A DNA stretch of 64,000 bases from a virus (Duplodnaviria > Caudoviricetes): IMG/VR virus record IMGVR_UViG_3300028485_000001, positions 21,360-85,359 of that record; one strand, 5' to 3'. The position numbers and the translations under genes were made by a program. The notes under the pieces were generated by a model that did no database searches, had not been told where the DNA came from, and was given only the letters and a program-made list of their open reading frames with translations. Shown piece by piece: positions 8,185 to 16,860 of this stretch; the first letter of the stretch is position 1; each line of letters opens with the position of its first letter.

Positions 8185-9548
8185 TGACGGTTCACGACAT
8201 CACCCCCCGCATTCCGCAGGACGACTCGACTCCGCCGCACGACGTCGGTGCCGAGCAGATCGTCCTCGGCGCGGCCATCCTCGACTCCCGGGTCCTGCGG
8301 GACCTGGGCGACCTGATCACCCCGATGGACCTGTACCGACCCGCGCACCAGGTCATCTTGGAGACCGTCATGGGCATGGCGGACCTGGGTTTGCCGATCG
8401 AGCCGGTGGCGGTGCACCGGGAGCTGGTGAAGCGCAAGCAGGCCACCGCGGTCGGCGGCGCACCGTACCTGTACGAGCTTGTGGACAAGGTCCCGACGGT
8501 ACAGAACGCGACCTGGTACGCGAAGGTCGTCGCGGACCTGTCGTTCCAGAGGCGCCTGATCGAGGCGGGCACGCGGATCGCTCAGATCGGCTGGGAGGGC
8601 GAGGGCGAGCCGACCGTCCTTGCAGAGGTCGCCGACGAGGCTCTGCGGTCTGCGGTTGCCGCCGGCGCGACGGGGGAGCCGGACACACAGCTCCTCGGAG
8701 ACGACGCGGAGTTCATCGACGCGCTGGAGAAGCCGCTGTCGACGGAGAACATGGTGCCCGCTCCCTATGTCGACCTTGGCGAGCGGATCGGCGGAGGGTT
8801 CAAGCCGGGGCAGCTGATCTGCATCGCCGGTCGGACCGGTGGCGGCAAGTCCGTGGTGGGTCTGGACATCGCCCGACACGCGGGGATCCGCCATCGGATG
8901 CCAACCCTGTACATCAGCCTGGAGATGCCCGCTGACCAGATCCGGGAGCGCATCTACGCCGCCGAGGCGAAGGTCCCGGGGAAGCGCATCACCGACCACG
9001 AGCTCACGGACGAGGACTGGTCGAAGATCGCAAAGGTGCGGCCCGCGATCAACGCCGCGCCGATCTGGGTGGCTGCGCCGGCGCAGTGCACGCTCAACAT
9101 GGTCAGGCAGCGCCTTCAGGCGATGGAGCGCAAGGGCCACAAGCCGCGGCTCCTGGTGGTCGACCACGTGGGCCTGATGTCCTCGACCGGGAAGAACGAG
9201 TCCCGCTACACCGAGGTCAGTGCCTACGCCCGCGGGTTGAAGCTGATCGCGATGGAGTTCAAGATCCCCGTGGTCATGCTCTGCCAGGTGAACAGGTCGG
9301 TGGGCCAGCGCCCGGACGCGATCCCGCGGGTGTCGGACCTGCGCGACTCCGGCGAGCTGGAGCAGTCCTCCGACCTGGTGGCGATGGTGCACCTGCCGGA
9401 CTACGACGTGAAGGACAAGGCCGAGGGGCACGAACGCGCCGGCGAGGTCGACCTGTACCTCGCGAAGAACCGCAGTGGTCCGACCGCTGTCGTGACGCTG
9501 TCGGCTCAGTTGCACTACTCGCGCTTCGCCGACATGGCGCAGGGGTGA
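8184..9548 (+). CDS. dnaB: Replicative DnaB-like helicase
   Basis: PPHDVGAEQIVLGA, Walker A AGRTGGGKS, SLEM, VVDHVGLM, LCQVNR, DLRDSGELEQ, AKNRSGP. Confidence 0.95.
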   Translation: MTVHDITPRIPQDDSTPPHDVGAEQIVLGAAILDSRVLRDLGDLITPMDLYRPAHQVILETVMGMADLGLPIEPVAVHRELVKRKQATAVGGAPYLYELVDKVPTVQNATWYAKVVADLSFQRRLIEAGTRIAQIGWEGEGEPTVLAEVADEALRSAVAAGATGEPDTQLLGDDAEFIDALEKPLSTENMVPAPYVDLGERIGGGFKPGQLICIAGRTGGGKSVVGLDIARHAGIRHRMPTLYISLEMPADQIRERIYAAEAKVPGKRITDHELTDEDWSKIAKVRPAINAAPIWVAAPAQCTLNMVRQRLQAMERKGHKPRLLVVDHVGLMSSTGKNESRYTEVSAYARGLKLIAMEFKIPVVMLCQVNRSVGQRPDAIPRVSDLRDSGELEQSSDLVAMVHLPDYDVKDKAEGHERAGEVDLYLAKNRSGPTAVVTLSAQLHYSRFADMAQG

Positions 9549-10663
9549 TGGGGATGCCCCTGACGATCGGCTCCCTCTGCTCTGGCTATGAGGGCCTGGG
9601 CATGTCTGTCCAGTCCGTCCTCGACGCCGAACTCGCGTGGGTCGCGGACCCCGATCCGGGCGCGGCGAAGATCCTCGCCCACCACCACCCCGACGTGCCC
9701 AACCTCGGCGACATCACTCAGACCGACTGGTCGACCGTGCCCCCCGTCGACATCTTGACCGCCGGGTTCCCGTGCCAGGACATCAGCAACGCCGGCAAGC
9801 GCGCCGGGATCGAAGGAGAACGAAGTGGGATCTGGTCGAACGTCGCCGACGCCATTCGCGTACTACGACCCCGAGTCGTCTTCCTGGAGAACGTCTCAGC
9901 CGTCGTTGTTCGGGGGCTCGACCGAGTTGTCTCCGACCTGGCCGCGGTCGGGTATGACGCGAGCTGGATGTGCCTACGAGCTTCCGACGTCGGCGCTCCG
10001 CACCGTCGAGAGCGCTGGTTCTGCGTCGCCTGGCCTGCCGACGCCGCGGGCCCGCGACTCGAAGGGGCGGGGGTTCTCGGACGGGTTGCCGAACGTCGTG
10101 GAGGACTTGCTGCCGACGCCGACCACCTCGGAGGCCACTGGGGCGGGGGCGCCGGATGGGAACCGCAACGACACGCTGCGGGCGCGGGTGCGGCTCTTGC
10201 CCACGCCGACGGCGACGCCCTACGGCAACAACCAGTCGCCGTCGGCGGGCGCGGCGGTGCGTCCGTCACTGAACTCCCTGGCAGCGGATGGGGCACTCTT
10301 GCCGACCCCACGGGCGTCGGACACGGGCACCCCCGGCCGCCGGGCCTCGGAGGGGTTCCGGCCGCCACTGTCGGAAGTGATCTTGCGTGGGGCGCGTACT
10401 CAGGGGCGATCCGCCGCTGGGAGCACGTCACCGGACGTCCTGCCCCTGTTCCCACTGAGCCCGGACGAAACGGACAGCCCCGCCTGAGCCCCGTCTTCGT
10501 CGAGTGGTTGATGGGTCTGCCCTTGGGATGGGTGACGGCGCCGGAGATCGGGCTCACCCGAACCCGGCAGCTTCACGCCTTGGGCAACGGCGTGGTCCCG
10601 CAGCAGGGGTCTCACGCTCTCCGTCTCCTCCTGGAGCGCGTGACCGCCGACGTGGCCGCATAG
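9548..10663 (+). CDS. DNA (cytosine-5)-methyltransferase
   Basis: SLCSGYEG (I), GFPCQD (IV), ENV (VI), HRRERWF (VIII), VEWLMGLP (IX), LGNGVVP (X). Confidence 0.9.
   Translation: MGMPLTIGSLCSGYEGLGMSVQSVLDAELAWVADPDPGAAKILAHHHPDVPNLGDITQTDWSTVPPVDILTAGFPCQDISNAGKRAGIEGERSGIWSNVADAIRVLRPRVVFLENVSAVVVRGLDRVVSDLAAVGYDASWMCLRASDVGAPHRRERWFCVAWPADAAGPRLEGAGVLGRVAERRGGLAADADHLGGHWGGGAGWEPQRHAAGAGAALAHADGDALRQQPVAVGGRGGASVTELPGSGWGTLADPTGVGHGHPRPPGLGGVPAATVGSDLAWGAYSGAIRRWEHVTGRPAPVPTEPGRNGQPRLSPVFVEWLMGLPLGWVTAPEIGLTRTRQLHALGNGVVPQQGSHALRLLLERVTADVAA
9825..10487 (+). CDS. Nested alternative-frame ORF inside the methyltransferase, with LPTP repeats
   Basis: AAGGAG at 9813-9818, 6 nt before GTG; 220 open codons; four LPTP repeats; WPRSGM motif. 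Confidence 0.55.
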   Translation: MGSGRTSPTPFAYYDPESSSWRTSQPSLFGGSTELSPTWPRSGMTRAGCAYELPTSALRTVESAGSASPGLPTPRARDSKGRGFSDGLPNVVEDLLPTPTTSEATGAGAPDGNRNDTLRARVRLLPTPTATPYGNNQSPSAGAAVRPSLNSLAADGALLPTPRASDTGTPGRRASEGFRPPLSEVILRGARTQGRSAAGSTSPDVLPLFPLSPDETDSPA

Positions 10664-10696
10664 GTGCGCCCCGCCAGCTGGTATCTGGCGGGGCAC
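10664..10696 (+). terminator. Hairpin after the methyltransferase gene
   Basis: GCCCCGCCAG/CTGGCGGGGC 10-bp stem; no U-tract. Confidence 0.45.
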
Positions 10697-10817
10697 GCCC
10701 CCGATCCTCTCATGCGCCCGCACAGCGCACGCTGACGCCCGTACAGGACTGTCAGCACCCCGAGTCACACTCAAGTTTCCTGAGCGCCTGACGCTCACTA
10801 CAGCCCCGGGAGGGGAC

Positions 10818-11156
10818 ATGTCCGACACCGACCTCCTACGAGAAGCCGCCGCGAGAGTGCGCGAGACCGCCACCGCTGCCGCTCCCGGCCCGTGGCACAT
10901 GGACGAGGGCCAGCGCATCTATGCCGAGGATGGCGCCTACGTCACGTCGCCGTGGACGAACGACGAGCGAGACGACGACCTCGACCACATCGCCCTGTGG
11001 CACCCCGGGGTTGCGCTCGCCGTCGCCGACCTGCTCGACAGCGAAGCCACCCACCACGTCGACGACCCCTCGTTCGAGCGCGACACCGACCCGCTGTGCG
11101 ACACGTGGCCGCACGCGGTCCGGATCGCCCGCGCCCTGGTCGGGGAGGGGGAGTGA
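10818..11156 (+). CDS. Ead/Ea22-like phage protein
   Basis: AAAPGPW...DHIALWHPGVALAVADLL. Confidence 0.5.
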   Translation: MSDTDLLREAAARVRETATAAAPGPWHMDEGQRIYAEDGAYVTSPWTNDERDDDLDHIALWHPGVALAVADLLDSEATHHVDDPSFERDTDPLCDTWPHAVRIARALVGEGE

Positions 11157-11350
11157 AGGCCTCCGTCATCCGCCACGGCGGCCACACCCACCGGCTCGCC
11201 CCCGCCAAAGAAGACCCCGACCGCGGATACGCGACCCGGCGCACCCGCACCCTCTGCCGTATCCCGCTCGACGACACCATGCCGCCGTCGCCCGCAGGCA
11301 CAGCCGTGACCTGCCCGCGATGCAAGCGGCTCAGCCCGAAGGAGAACTGA
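11153..11350 (+). CDS. Small Cys-containing hypothetical protein
   Basis: GTGA overlap; CPRC motif. Confidence 0.5.
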   Translation: MKASVIRHGGHTHRLAPAKEDPDRGYATRRTRTLCRIPLDDTMPPSPAGTAVTCPRCKRLSPKEN

Positions 11351-11787
11351 TGGACCTGCAAGAGGCGACCCAGCTCGCCGCCCAAGCCCACGCCGGACAG
11401 GTTGACAAAGCCGGACGCCCCTACAGCGAGCACGTGTTCGCGGTTCGCGACCTGCTCGCACCCCACGGTCCGCACGCCCAGATGGCCGGGGTCCTGCACG
11501 ACACCCTCGAAGACACCGACCTCACCGCCGACGACCTGCGCGCCCACGGATGCCCCGAAGAGGTAATCCGCGCCGTGGAAGCCGTCACCAAGCAGGCGGG
11601 GGAGACCTACGAGGACGCCGTGCACCGAGCGGCGGCCGACCCGCTGGGGCGGCTGGTGAAGCTTGCCGACAACGCCCACAACTCCGACGAGGGCCGACTC
11701 GCTCTGCTCCCGATGGAGAAGGCGGACCGGCTGCGAGTCAAGTACGCGCGGGCACGCATCCTGCTCAACGCCACCCAGGAGTCCTGA
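11350..11787 (+). CDS. HD-domain small alarmone hydrolase-like (Mesh1/SpoT type)
   Basis: AHAGQVDKAGRPYSEH, VLHDTLEDT, VKLADNAHN. Confidence 0.8.
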   Translation: MDLQEATQLAAQAHAGQVDKAGRPYSEHVFAVRDLLAPHGPHAQMAGVLHDTLEDTDLTADDLRAHGCPEEVIRAVEAVTKQAGETYEDAVHRAAADPLGRLVKLADNAHNSDEGRLALLPMEKADRLRVKYARARILLNATQES

Positions 11788-11788
11788 C

Positions 11789-11941
11789 ATGGCACTGCCG
11801 CCCGTCCCGAATGCCTGCATCGCCTGCGGTGTGAGCGCATGGCATCACGCCTCAGCAGGCCACGCCTACCAAGCGCCAACCCCAGGCGAGCGATCCGCCC
11901 GGATGGACTCCTGGATCAACCTCAACTCGAAGGAGAACTGA
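11789..11941 (+). CDS. Small Cys/His protein
   Basis: AGGAG RBS; CIACG...H...H. Confidence 0.45.
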   Translation: MALPPVPNACIACGVSAWHHASAGHAYQAPTPGERSARMDSWINLNSKEN

Positions 11942-11942
11942 C

Positions 11943-12479
11943 ATGGCCAAGCTCGTGTTCCTCGACACCGAAACCACCGGCCTCAACCCCGAACTCCACG
12001 ATGTGTGGGAGATCGCCGTCATCACCAACGACGGCGAGGAACACCGCTGGACCGTTCGCCCCGATCTCACCCACGCCGACCCGAACGCGCTGAAGATCGG
12101 CGGGTACTACGAGCGGGCGCGACTCAACTCCCTCGGGCCTGATGCCGAGAACGTCGCTGGGCAGCTCGCCCGCCTCCTCGACAGCGCGACGGTCGTCGGT
12201 TCCAACCCCTCGTTCGATCAGGCGTTCCTCACCCGGTGGCTGCGCAAGTACGGCCAGTGCTGGACGGCGCACTACCGCACCGTCGACATCGTCACGCTCG
12301 GGCACGGCTACCTGGTGGGGTGCGAGCCCGGGTACAGCCCCGCCGAGCACATGCCTCCGGCCACGCACGACGTCTGCCGCGCTTTCGGTATCGACCCGGG
12401 CGGCTACGACCGGCACACCGCCCTCGGGGACGCGCGCATGGTCCGCGACCTGTACACCGCCATCACCAAGGAGTCCTGA
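11943..12479 (+). CDS. DnaQ-like DEDDh 3'-5' exonuclease
   Basis: FLDTETTGL, NPSFDQAFL, HTALGDA. Confidence 0.9.
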   Translation: MAKLVFLDTETTGLNPELHDVWEIAVITNDGEEHRWTVRPDLTHADPNALKIGGYYERARLNSLGPDAENVAGQLARLLDSATVVGSNPSFDQAFLTRWLRKYGQCWTAHYRTVDIVTLGHGYLVGCEPGYSPAEHMPPATHDVCRAFGIDPGGYDRHTALGDARMVRDLYTAITKES

Positions 12480-12667
12480 TGGCCGCTGCCGTCCGTGTCC
12501 TAGCCGCTCTTGCTTTCGCCGGGATCGCCCTGGCCGTCGTCGGGGCGATCCACTCGGTCATCGGCGGGACGTGGTCGCTGCTCCTGTGGCAGCTCATCGC
12601 TGCCTTGTGGCCCGTGTCCGTCCTGATCTTCGTCCACCGCATGCACCAGAACACCAAGGAGAACTGA
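12479..12667 (+). CDS. Small two-TM membrane protein
   Basis: Two hydrophobic stretches; TGATG coupling. Confidence 0.55.
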   Translation: MAAAVRVLAALAFAGIALAVVGAIHSVIGGTWSLLLWQLIAALWPVSVLIFVHRMHQNTKEN

Positions 12668-12668
12668 C

Positions 12669-12818
12669 ATGGCCCTGCCCAGCATCACCGTGACCGCGCG
12701 TCTCGTCGACGTCCCTGAGATCAAGTGGAGCCAGTCCGGGACTGCCGTGGCGAAGTTGCGCCTCGTGTCGAACGAGCGCCGCCTCAACAAGCAGACCAAC
12801 GAGTGGGGCGGGAGCTAG
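12669..12818 (+). pseudogene. ssb: Truncated ssb, N-terminal 49 aa
   Basis: MALPSITVTARLVDVPEIKWSQSGTAVAKLRLVSNERRLNKQTNEW, then GGS*. Aligns with the N-terminus of the intact SSB at 13612. Confidence 0.75.
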
Positions 12819-12967
12819 GAGCGGCCAGGAATCTCCAAGTCCAAGGCGGTTTCGAGCAGGTGGACGATCTCGGAGTTGAGCGACCGTCGGTCCTCCTTGG
12901 CCCGGTCGGTGAGCCGGTCGTGGAGGTCTTCGGGCAGGCGGAGAGTGATTCGCGTTGCGGATTCCAT
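12815..12967 (-). CDS. Arc-family ribbon-helix-helix repressor, leaderless
   Basis: MESATRITLRLPEDLHDRLTDRAKEDRRSLNSEIVHLLE; TACCAT-N6-ATG; absent from the ORF track. Confidence 0.8.
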   Translation of the reverse strand: MESATRITLRLPEDLHDRLTDRAKEDRRSLNSEIVHLLETALDLEIPGRS

Positions 12968-13020
12968 GCCACCATGGTAACGCCCCCATGGTGGTATAGT
13001 GGTGTCATCGTGACACCACT
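12968..13020. promoter_or_regulatory. Divergent promoter region with two palindromes
   Basis: CCACCATGG-N8-CCATGGTGG and AGTGGTGTCA-TCG-TGACACCACT; -10 boxes TATAGT (+) and TACCAT (-). Confidence 0.6.
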
Positions 13021-13033
13021 CGGGGGGCGAACT

Positions 13034-13615
13034 ATGGCAAACGAGGACCCGTGCTTAGTCGAGGGGTGCGAACGATCGCCCGAGAAGCGTGGCTGGTGCA
13101 ACAGGCACTACAAACGCTGGCGACGGTGGGGTGACCCTCTCGGCAGTTTCCAGCCCAAGCCAGTCGAAGAACGCTTTTGGGCCAAGGTCAACAAGAACGG
13201 CGCCATGCCCGCTCAGGGCATCGCACCAGGGGCCTGCTGGGAGTGGACCGGAGCGATCACTTCTTGGGGGTACGGCCAGTTTCGCCCGGATTACCCCGAC
13301 TACAAGGTCTGTTCTGTAGTGCACCGCTACTCCTACGAGCTTCATGTCGGCCCCATCCCTAACGGCTTCCAGGTCGATCACCTGTGCCGAAACCGGAAGT
13401 GCGTCAACCCGAGTCACCTGGAAGCCGTTACGCAACTGGAGAACATCCGTCGGGGTTTCAGCCAGGCCACCATCAATCGGCTCAGGACTCACTGCCCTAA
13501 GAGGCACCCATATTCCGCAGCGAACACCTACATTGCGCCCAAGGGCGGTCGGTACTGCCGGGAGTGCGCGCGTCAGCGATCCAGATTTGCCCATCAAAAG
13601 AGGAAGTCAGCATGA
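13034..13615 (+). CDS. Free-standing HNH homing endonuclease
   Basis: CWEWTG...GYG, HRYSYELHVGPIP, VDHLCRNRKCVNPSHLEAVTQLEN, THCPKRH. Confidence 0.9.
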   Translation: MANEDPCLVEGCERSPEKRGWCNRHYKRWRRWGDPLGSFQPKPVEERFWAKVNKNGAMPAQGIAPGACWEWTGAITSWGYGQFRPDYPDYKVCSVVHRYSYELHVGPIPNGFQVDHLCRNRKCVNPSHLEAVTQLENIRRGFSQATINRLRTHCPKRHPYSAANTYIAPKGGRYCRECARQRSRFAHQKRKSA

Positions 13616-14103
13616 CCCTGCCCACCGTGACCCACACCTACCGTCTCGCCGCCGACCCCGAGGTCAAGTTCCTCGACGATGGCAAGCCCATGGTTCGCCT
13701 GAGGCTGGCAGCGAACGCGAACCGTAAGAACGACGCTGGCCAGTGGGAGAAGACCGACGAGCTGTTCATCACCACGACTGCGTTCGGTGACCAGGCTCAG
13801 GCCATCGCTGACGCGAATCTGTCGGTGGGGCAGGAGGTGATCGTGTCGGGTCGTCTGCGTACCCGGTCGTGGGAGCAGGACGGGCAGAAGCGGTCTGCGA
13901 TCGAGATGCGGTTGGACGCGATCGGCCCGAAGATCAGCGTTCCCCGCCAGCAGCAGGGCGGCGTGGGCGGCGGTTTCGGCGGCGGTCAGTCGCAGCGGTC
14001 CTACGGCCAGCAGGGCGGCGGGTTCTCCGGCGGGCAGCAGCAGGGCGACCCGTGGGGGCAGAGCGGACAGTCCGGGTTCAACGAAGACCAGCCGCCGTTC
14101 TAG
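13612..14103 (+). CDS. ssb: Single-stranded DNA-binding protein
   Basis: OB-fold motifs DPEVKF, VIVSGRLRTRSWEQDGQKRS; Gly/Gln linker; acidic PPF tail. Confidence 0.92.
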   Translation: MTLPTVTHTYRLAADPEVKFLDDGKPMVRLRLAANANRKNDAGQWEKTDELFITTTAFGDQAQAIADANLSVGQEVIVSGRLRTRSWEQDGQKRSAIEMRLDAIGPKISVPRQQQGGVGGGFGGGQSQRSYGQQGGGFSGGQQQGDPWGQSGQSGFNEDQPPF

Positions 14104-14112
14104 GAGGTCATC

Positions 14113-14487
14113 ATGCCCATCCGCCCCGAGAACAAGCACAGGTACCCCAAGAACTGGCCGGACATCTCCCACCGAATCCGCTTCGACCGCGCACAGGGCC
14201 GCTGCGAGTGCACCGGCCAGTGCGGGCGCGGCACCCACGAGGGGCGCTGCCCCAACCGACACGGGGGCGACGCTTATGGCACCGGCTCCAAGGTCGTGCT
14301 CACCACGATGCACCTGGACCACACCCCGGAGAACTGCGACGACAGCAATCTCCTCGCGGGCTGCCAGGGCTGCCACCTGCACTACGACAAGGACCACCAC
14401 GCACAGACCGCGCGGGCCACTCGCGAAGCGGCGCGGCTCGCCGCTGGGGAAGTACCACTGTTCGAGCTGGACGAAGCGATCCCATGA
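14113..14487 (+). CDS. HNH-like nuclease
   Basis: MPIRPEN..RYP..W, RCEC, VLTTMHLDHTPENC..NL...CQGCHL.YD. Confidence 0.7.
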   Translation: MPIRPENKHRYPKNWPDISHRIRFDRAQGRCECTGQCGRGTHEGRCPNRHGGDAYGTGSKVVLTTMHLDHTPENCDDSNLLAGCQGCHLHYDKDHHAQTARATREAARLAAGEVPLFELDEAIP

Positions 14488-14699
14488 CCGCGCTTCGTGG
14501 TTTGGACGGAGTGGGTCGGATGTACGCGGTCGTGTGCGCCATGTGCGGCACAGACCACCGTCCCCGGCTCACCCCGCGCACCGCATCGGACGCCCGCCAT
14601 CTGGCCCGGAAGGACGGGTGGCGGGCACCCACCAGCAAGGCCAAGCGAGGCCGGGGCGATCTGTGCCCCGACTGCCGGACGAAGGAGAACCATGTCTAA
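14484..14699 (+). CDS. Zn-finger hypothetical protein
   Basis: CAMC...GW...LCPDC. Confidence 0.5.
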   Translation: MTALRGLDGVGRMYAVVCAMCGTDHRPRLTPRTASDARHLARKDGWRAPTSKAKRGRGDLCPDCRTKENHV

Positions 14700-15027
14700 C
14701 CAGCGGGCCTATGAGGCCGTGTACGCGTACATCGACAGCATCGGCATCGCCCTACCCACGGACGCCGCCCGCCGCAACGCCATGATCTGGACGGCCGTGC
14801 AAGCAGCCCTCGAAGCAGACGAGCAGACCGAAGCGGTGAACACCGTGGCGCGCATTCGGCAGATCCACCAGCCCGACCCGAACCCACGCAGCGGATGGAA
14901 CGCCGACGACAGTGCCCCTTCCGAATACGGCACCATCGAACGCGCCTGCCGCGAGTGCGGGGCTACCGACATGGCGGTGCCGTGGCCCTGCCCGACCCTG
15001 CGCGCGCTGGGAGGCGACGATGCCTGA
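14692..15027 (+). CDS. Hypothetical protein
   Basis: AAGGAG RBS; RQIHQP...CRECG...WPCPT. Confidence 0.55.
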   Translation: MSNQRAYEAVYAYIDSIGIALPTDAARRNAMIWTAVQAALEADEQTEAVNTVARIRQIHQPDPNPRSGWNADDSAPSEYGTIERACRECGATDMAVPWPCPTLRALGGDDA

Positions 15028-15613
15028 CACCCTGACCCGCCTCGCGGACGCCCTGCACGCTGAGCTGTGCCGACAGCACGACGTGCAGCCCGAGGGGCAC
15101 AGCCTCACCGGGGACTACGCGGCGCTGGGAGATGATGCGGCCAAGCTCGCGGAGATAGCGCAGCCGTACCTCGACGCCGCATGGGAAGCAGGCCGCAAGC
15201 ACGGGCTACGGCAGGCGCGGAAGCCCCACGACGGGCGGGTGAAGCAGCTCGAAGAGGAGATCGAGGGCGCGCTCGCGCTGGAGGAAGCCACCGGGCGTGC
15301 GTGGGCGCTCCAGTGTCTCCGAGTGCGGGACCTCGAAGAACAGGTCCGAGACCTCGAAGCAGAGGTGGAGCGACTGCAACTCGAAGCCAAGGGTGCCGAC
15401 TGCGCGCGGGAGCTCGCGCAGCAGCGGGAGCAGGATGCGCGGTGGCTGCTCGATCGCGCCACCGAGTTCGTCGTCCACGGCCCGCGCGGACCGGTTGTCG
15501 TGCGATGCGGCGAGTTCTCCAACTGGACCACGGCGAGTCACCAGAGCGGCCGGGAGGAGCATCCCGACCGTGCCGCGGCCCTGGCGCGGGCGCGGGAGAT
15601 CGCGGGGGAGTGA
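15020..15613 (+). CDS. Coiled-coil protein, C-terminus paralogous to 55713..56156
   Basis: GGAGG RBS; ends AALARAREIAGE. Confidence 0.55.
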   Translation: MPDTLTRLADALHAELCRQHDVQPEGHSLTGDYAALGDDAAKLAEIAQPYLDAAWEAGRKHGLRQARKPHDGRVKQLEEEIEGALALEEATGRAWALQCLRVRDLEEQVRDLEAEVERLQLEAKGADCARELAQQREQDARWLLDRATEFVVHGPRGPVVVRCGEFSNWTTASHQSGREEHPDRAAALARAREIAGE

Positions 15614-15656
15614 CGAAGGGCGGCCCGCTCCCGCCCCTCCCACGAGAAGATGAGAC

Positions 15657-16322
15657 ATGGAAACTCACCAACTTGTGATATCCGGCATTCAGATCGCCGT
15701 GACCATCGTCGCCCTGTTCGCCCCTTGGATTGCGGCTCGTGCCGTCTACAAGAAGCTGGAGCCAGAGCTTCGGCTTCTTCATCTGCAAGGCGAGCAGCTT
15801 GAGGCAGAGGAGCGAGAGCGCAGAAAGACGAAGACTCTTGGGGTCACTGCTCACATCTGGCAGATGCCCTACGACACAGGCTGTGACAGCTATAACACGG
15901 CGGACCAGTACTTCCGAATCATGATGAGTGAACTGCTTCCCCAGTGCGATCATGCCGAGAAAGCTTTAGTGGTGGAGGTTCGCAACACAGGGGAAGCGCC
16001 GGTCGCTCAAGTTCTTGTCAGCGCTGGCTCACGGAACGCGGAGTCCTCCTTGCGCGGGCCTGACTACGATGAACTGCGGAACTCAGCTTGCGACCCTCGT
16101 GTTTCTGACGTCAGAATTCCTCCCCTTGGCAAGGTCGCTTTTGCCTTCGAGAGTCTCGAAGCACACCGTGATGCGGAGCAAGTAGCAGTCCACTTCACCG
16201 ACGAAAGCGGCTACAGGTGGACCAAGGATCTTCACGGAGTAGTGGCTCAAGAACACAGCACGGCGGCTGAACGTTCGCCGTGGCACAAGCGAATGATTCC
16301 CCGTGTGACATGGGATCGGTGA
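15657..16322 (+). CDS. N-terminally membrane-anchored accessory protein
   Basis: TM, coil, beta-rich domain ending VHFTDESGYRWTK; visibly lower GC than neighbours. Confidence 0.6.
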   Translation: METHQLVISGIQIAVTIVALFAPWIAARAVYKKLEPELRLLHLQGEQLEAEERERRKTKTLGVTAHIWQMPYDTGCDSYNTADQYFRIMMSELLPQCDHAEKALVVEVRNTGEAPVAQVLVSAGSRNAESSLRGPDYDELRNSACDPRVSDVRIPPLGKVAFAFESLEAHRDAEQVAVHFTDESGYRWTKDLHGVVAQEHSTAAERSPWHKRMIPRVTWDR

Positions 16323-16385
16323 TGTGCTTCCGTCATGAGACCTGGTCGAACAGGGGTACCATCCCCGAAAGCCAAGGGAGGGCTC

Positions 16386-16496
16386 GTGATCATCGCTCTA
16401 CGCATCCTCGGCACCGAGGTGTTCGGGTTCTCCGACGGTTCGCACACTCACCTGGAGACCGACTACCGGGACACCAGCGAGGAAGTCCAGGTGTGA
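16386..16496 (+). CDS. Very small hypothetical protein
   Basis: AAGGGAGG RBS, GTG start, 36 aa; coupled to the next GTG. Confidence 0.35.
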   Translation: MIIALRILGTEVFGFSDGSHTHLETDYRDTSEEVQV

Positions 16497-16690
16497 GCAC
16501 AGTGGGTACAGCGCTTCGGATCGTCGCCTTCGCGATTCTTATCGTGCCGATCATGGTGCACATGGAGGGGCCTGCCCAATGGGGTGCGGCTGCTGCTCTC
16601 TTCCTGGCACTCGCGGGCGTGGGAGCTTACGTGGACCGGTGGGTCGCACGAAAGAAGGGCCACCAGACAGAGCCAAGGGAGGCACCGTGA
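16493..16690 (+). CDS. Small two-TM membrane protein
   Basis: Two hydrophobic helices; GTGA overlaps on both sides. Confidence 0.55.
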   Translation: MSTVGTALRIVAFAILIVPIMVHMEGPAQWGAAAALFLALAGVGAYVDRWVARKKGHQTEPREAP

Positions 16691-16860
16691 GCGCGAAAGC
16701 GGCCTACTGGCAGCACGGCGAGAAGGTCGAAGAGCTCTTCGCTGACCACGAAGCGGCTCACGGACACATGATTGACCTGTGGGCCGAGGGTGAGTGCTCA
16801 CCCGTCGCTGTCGTCCATGAGGACGGCACTCGCCAGGAGTGGGGGACCCGTGACCGCTGA
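16687..16860 (+). CDS. Hypothetical protein
   Basis: GGAGG RBS, GTG start. Confidence 0.45.
   Translation: MSAKAAYWQHGEKVEELFADHEAAHGHMIDLWAEGECSPVAVVHEDGTRQEWGTRDR

Noticed and set aside
9086-9547. 525-aa methyltransferase with a long N-terminal extension
   Set aside because: The extension is an alternative frame of dnaB; motif I starts right after the TGATG junction at 9548.
12815-12818. CTAG as an IS target-site duplication
   Set aside because: No second CTAG at the far boundary and no transposase; it is explained by two overlapping stop codons.
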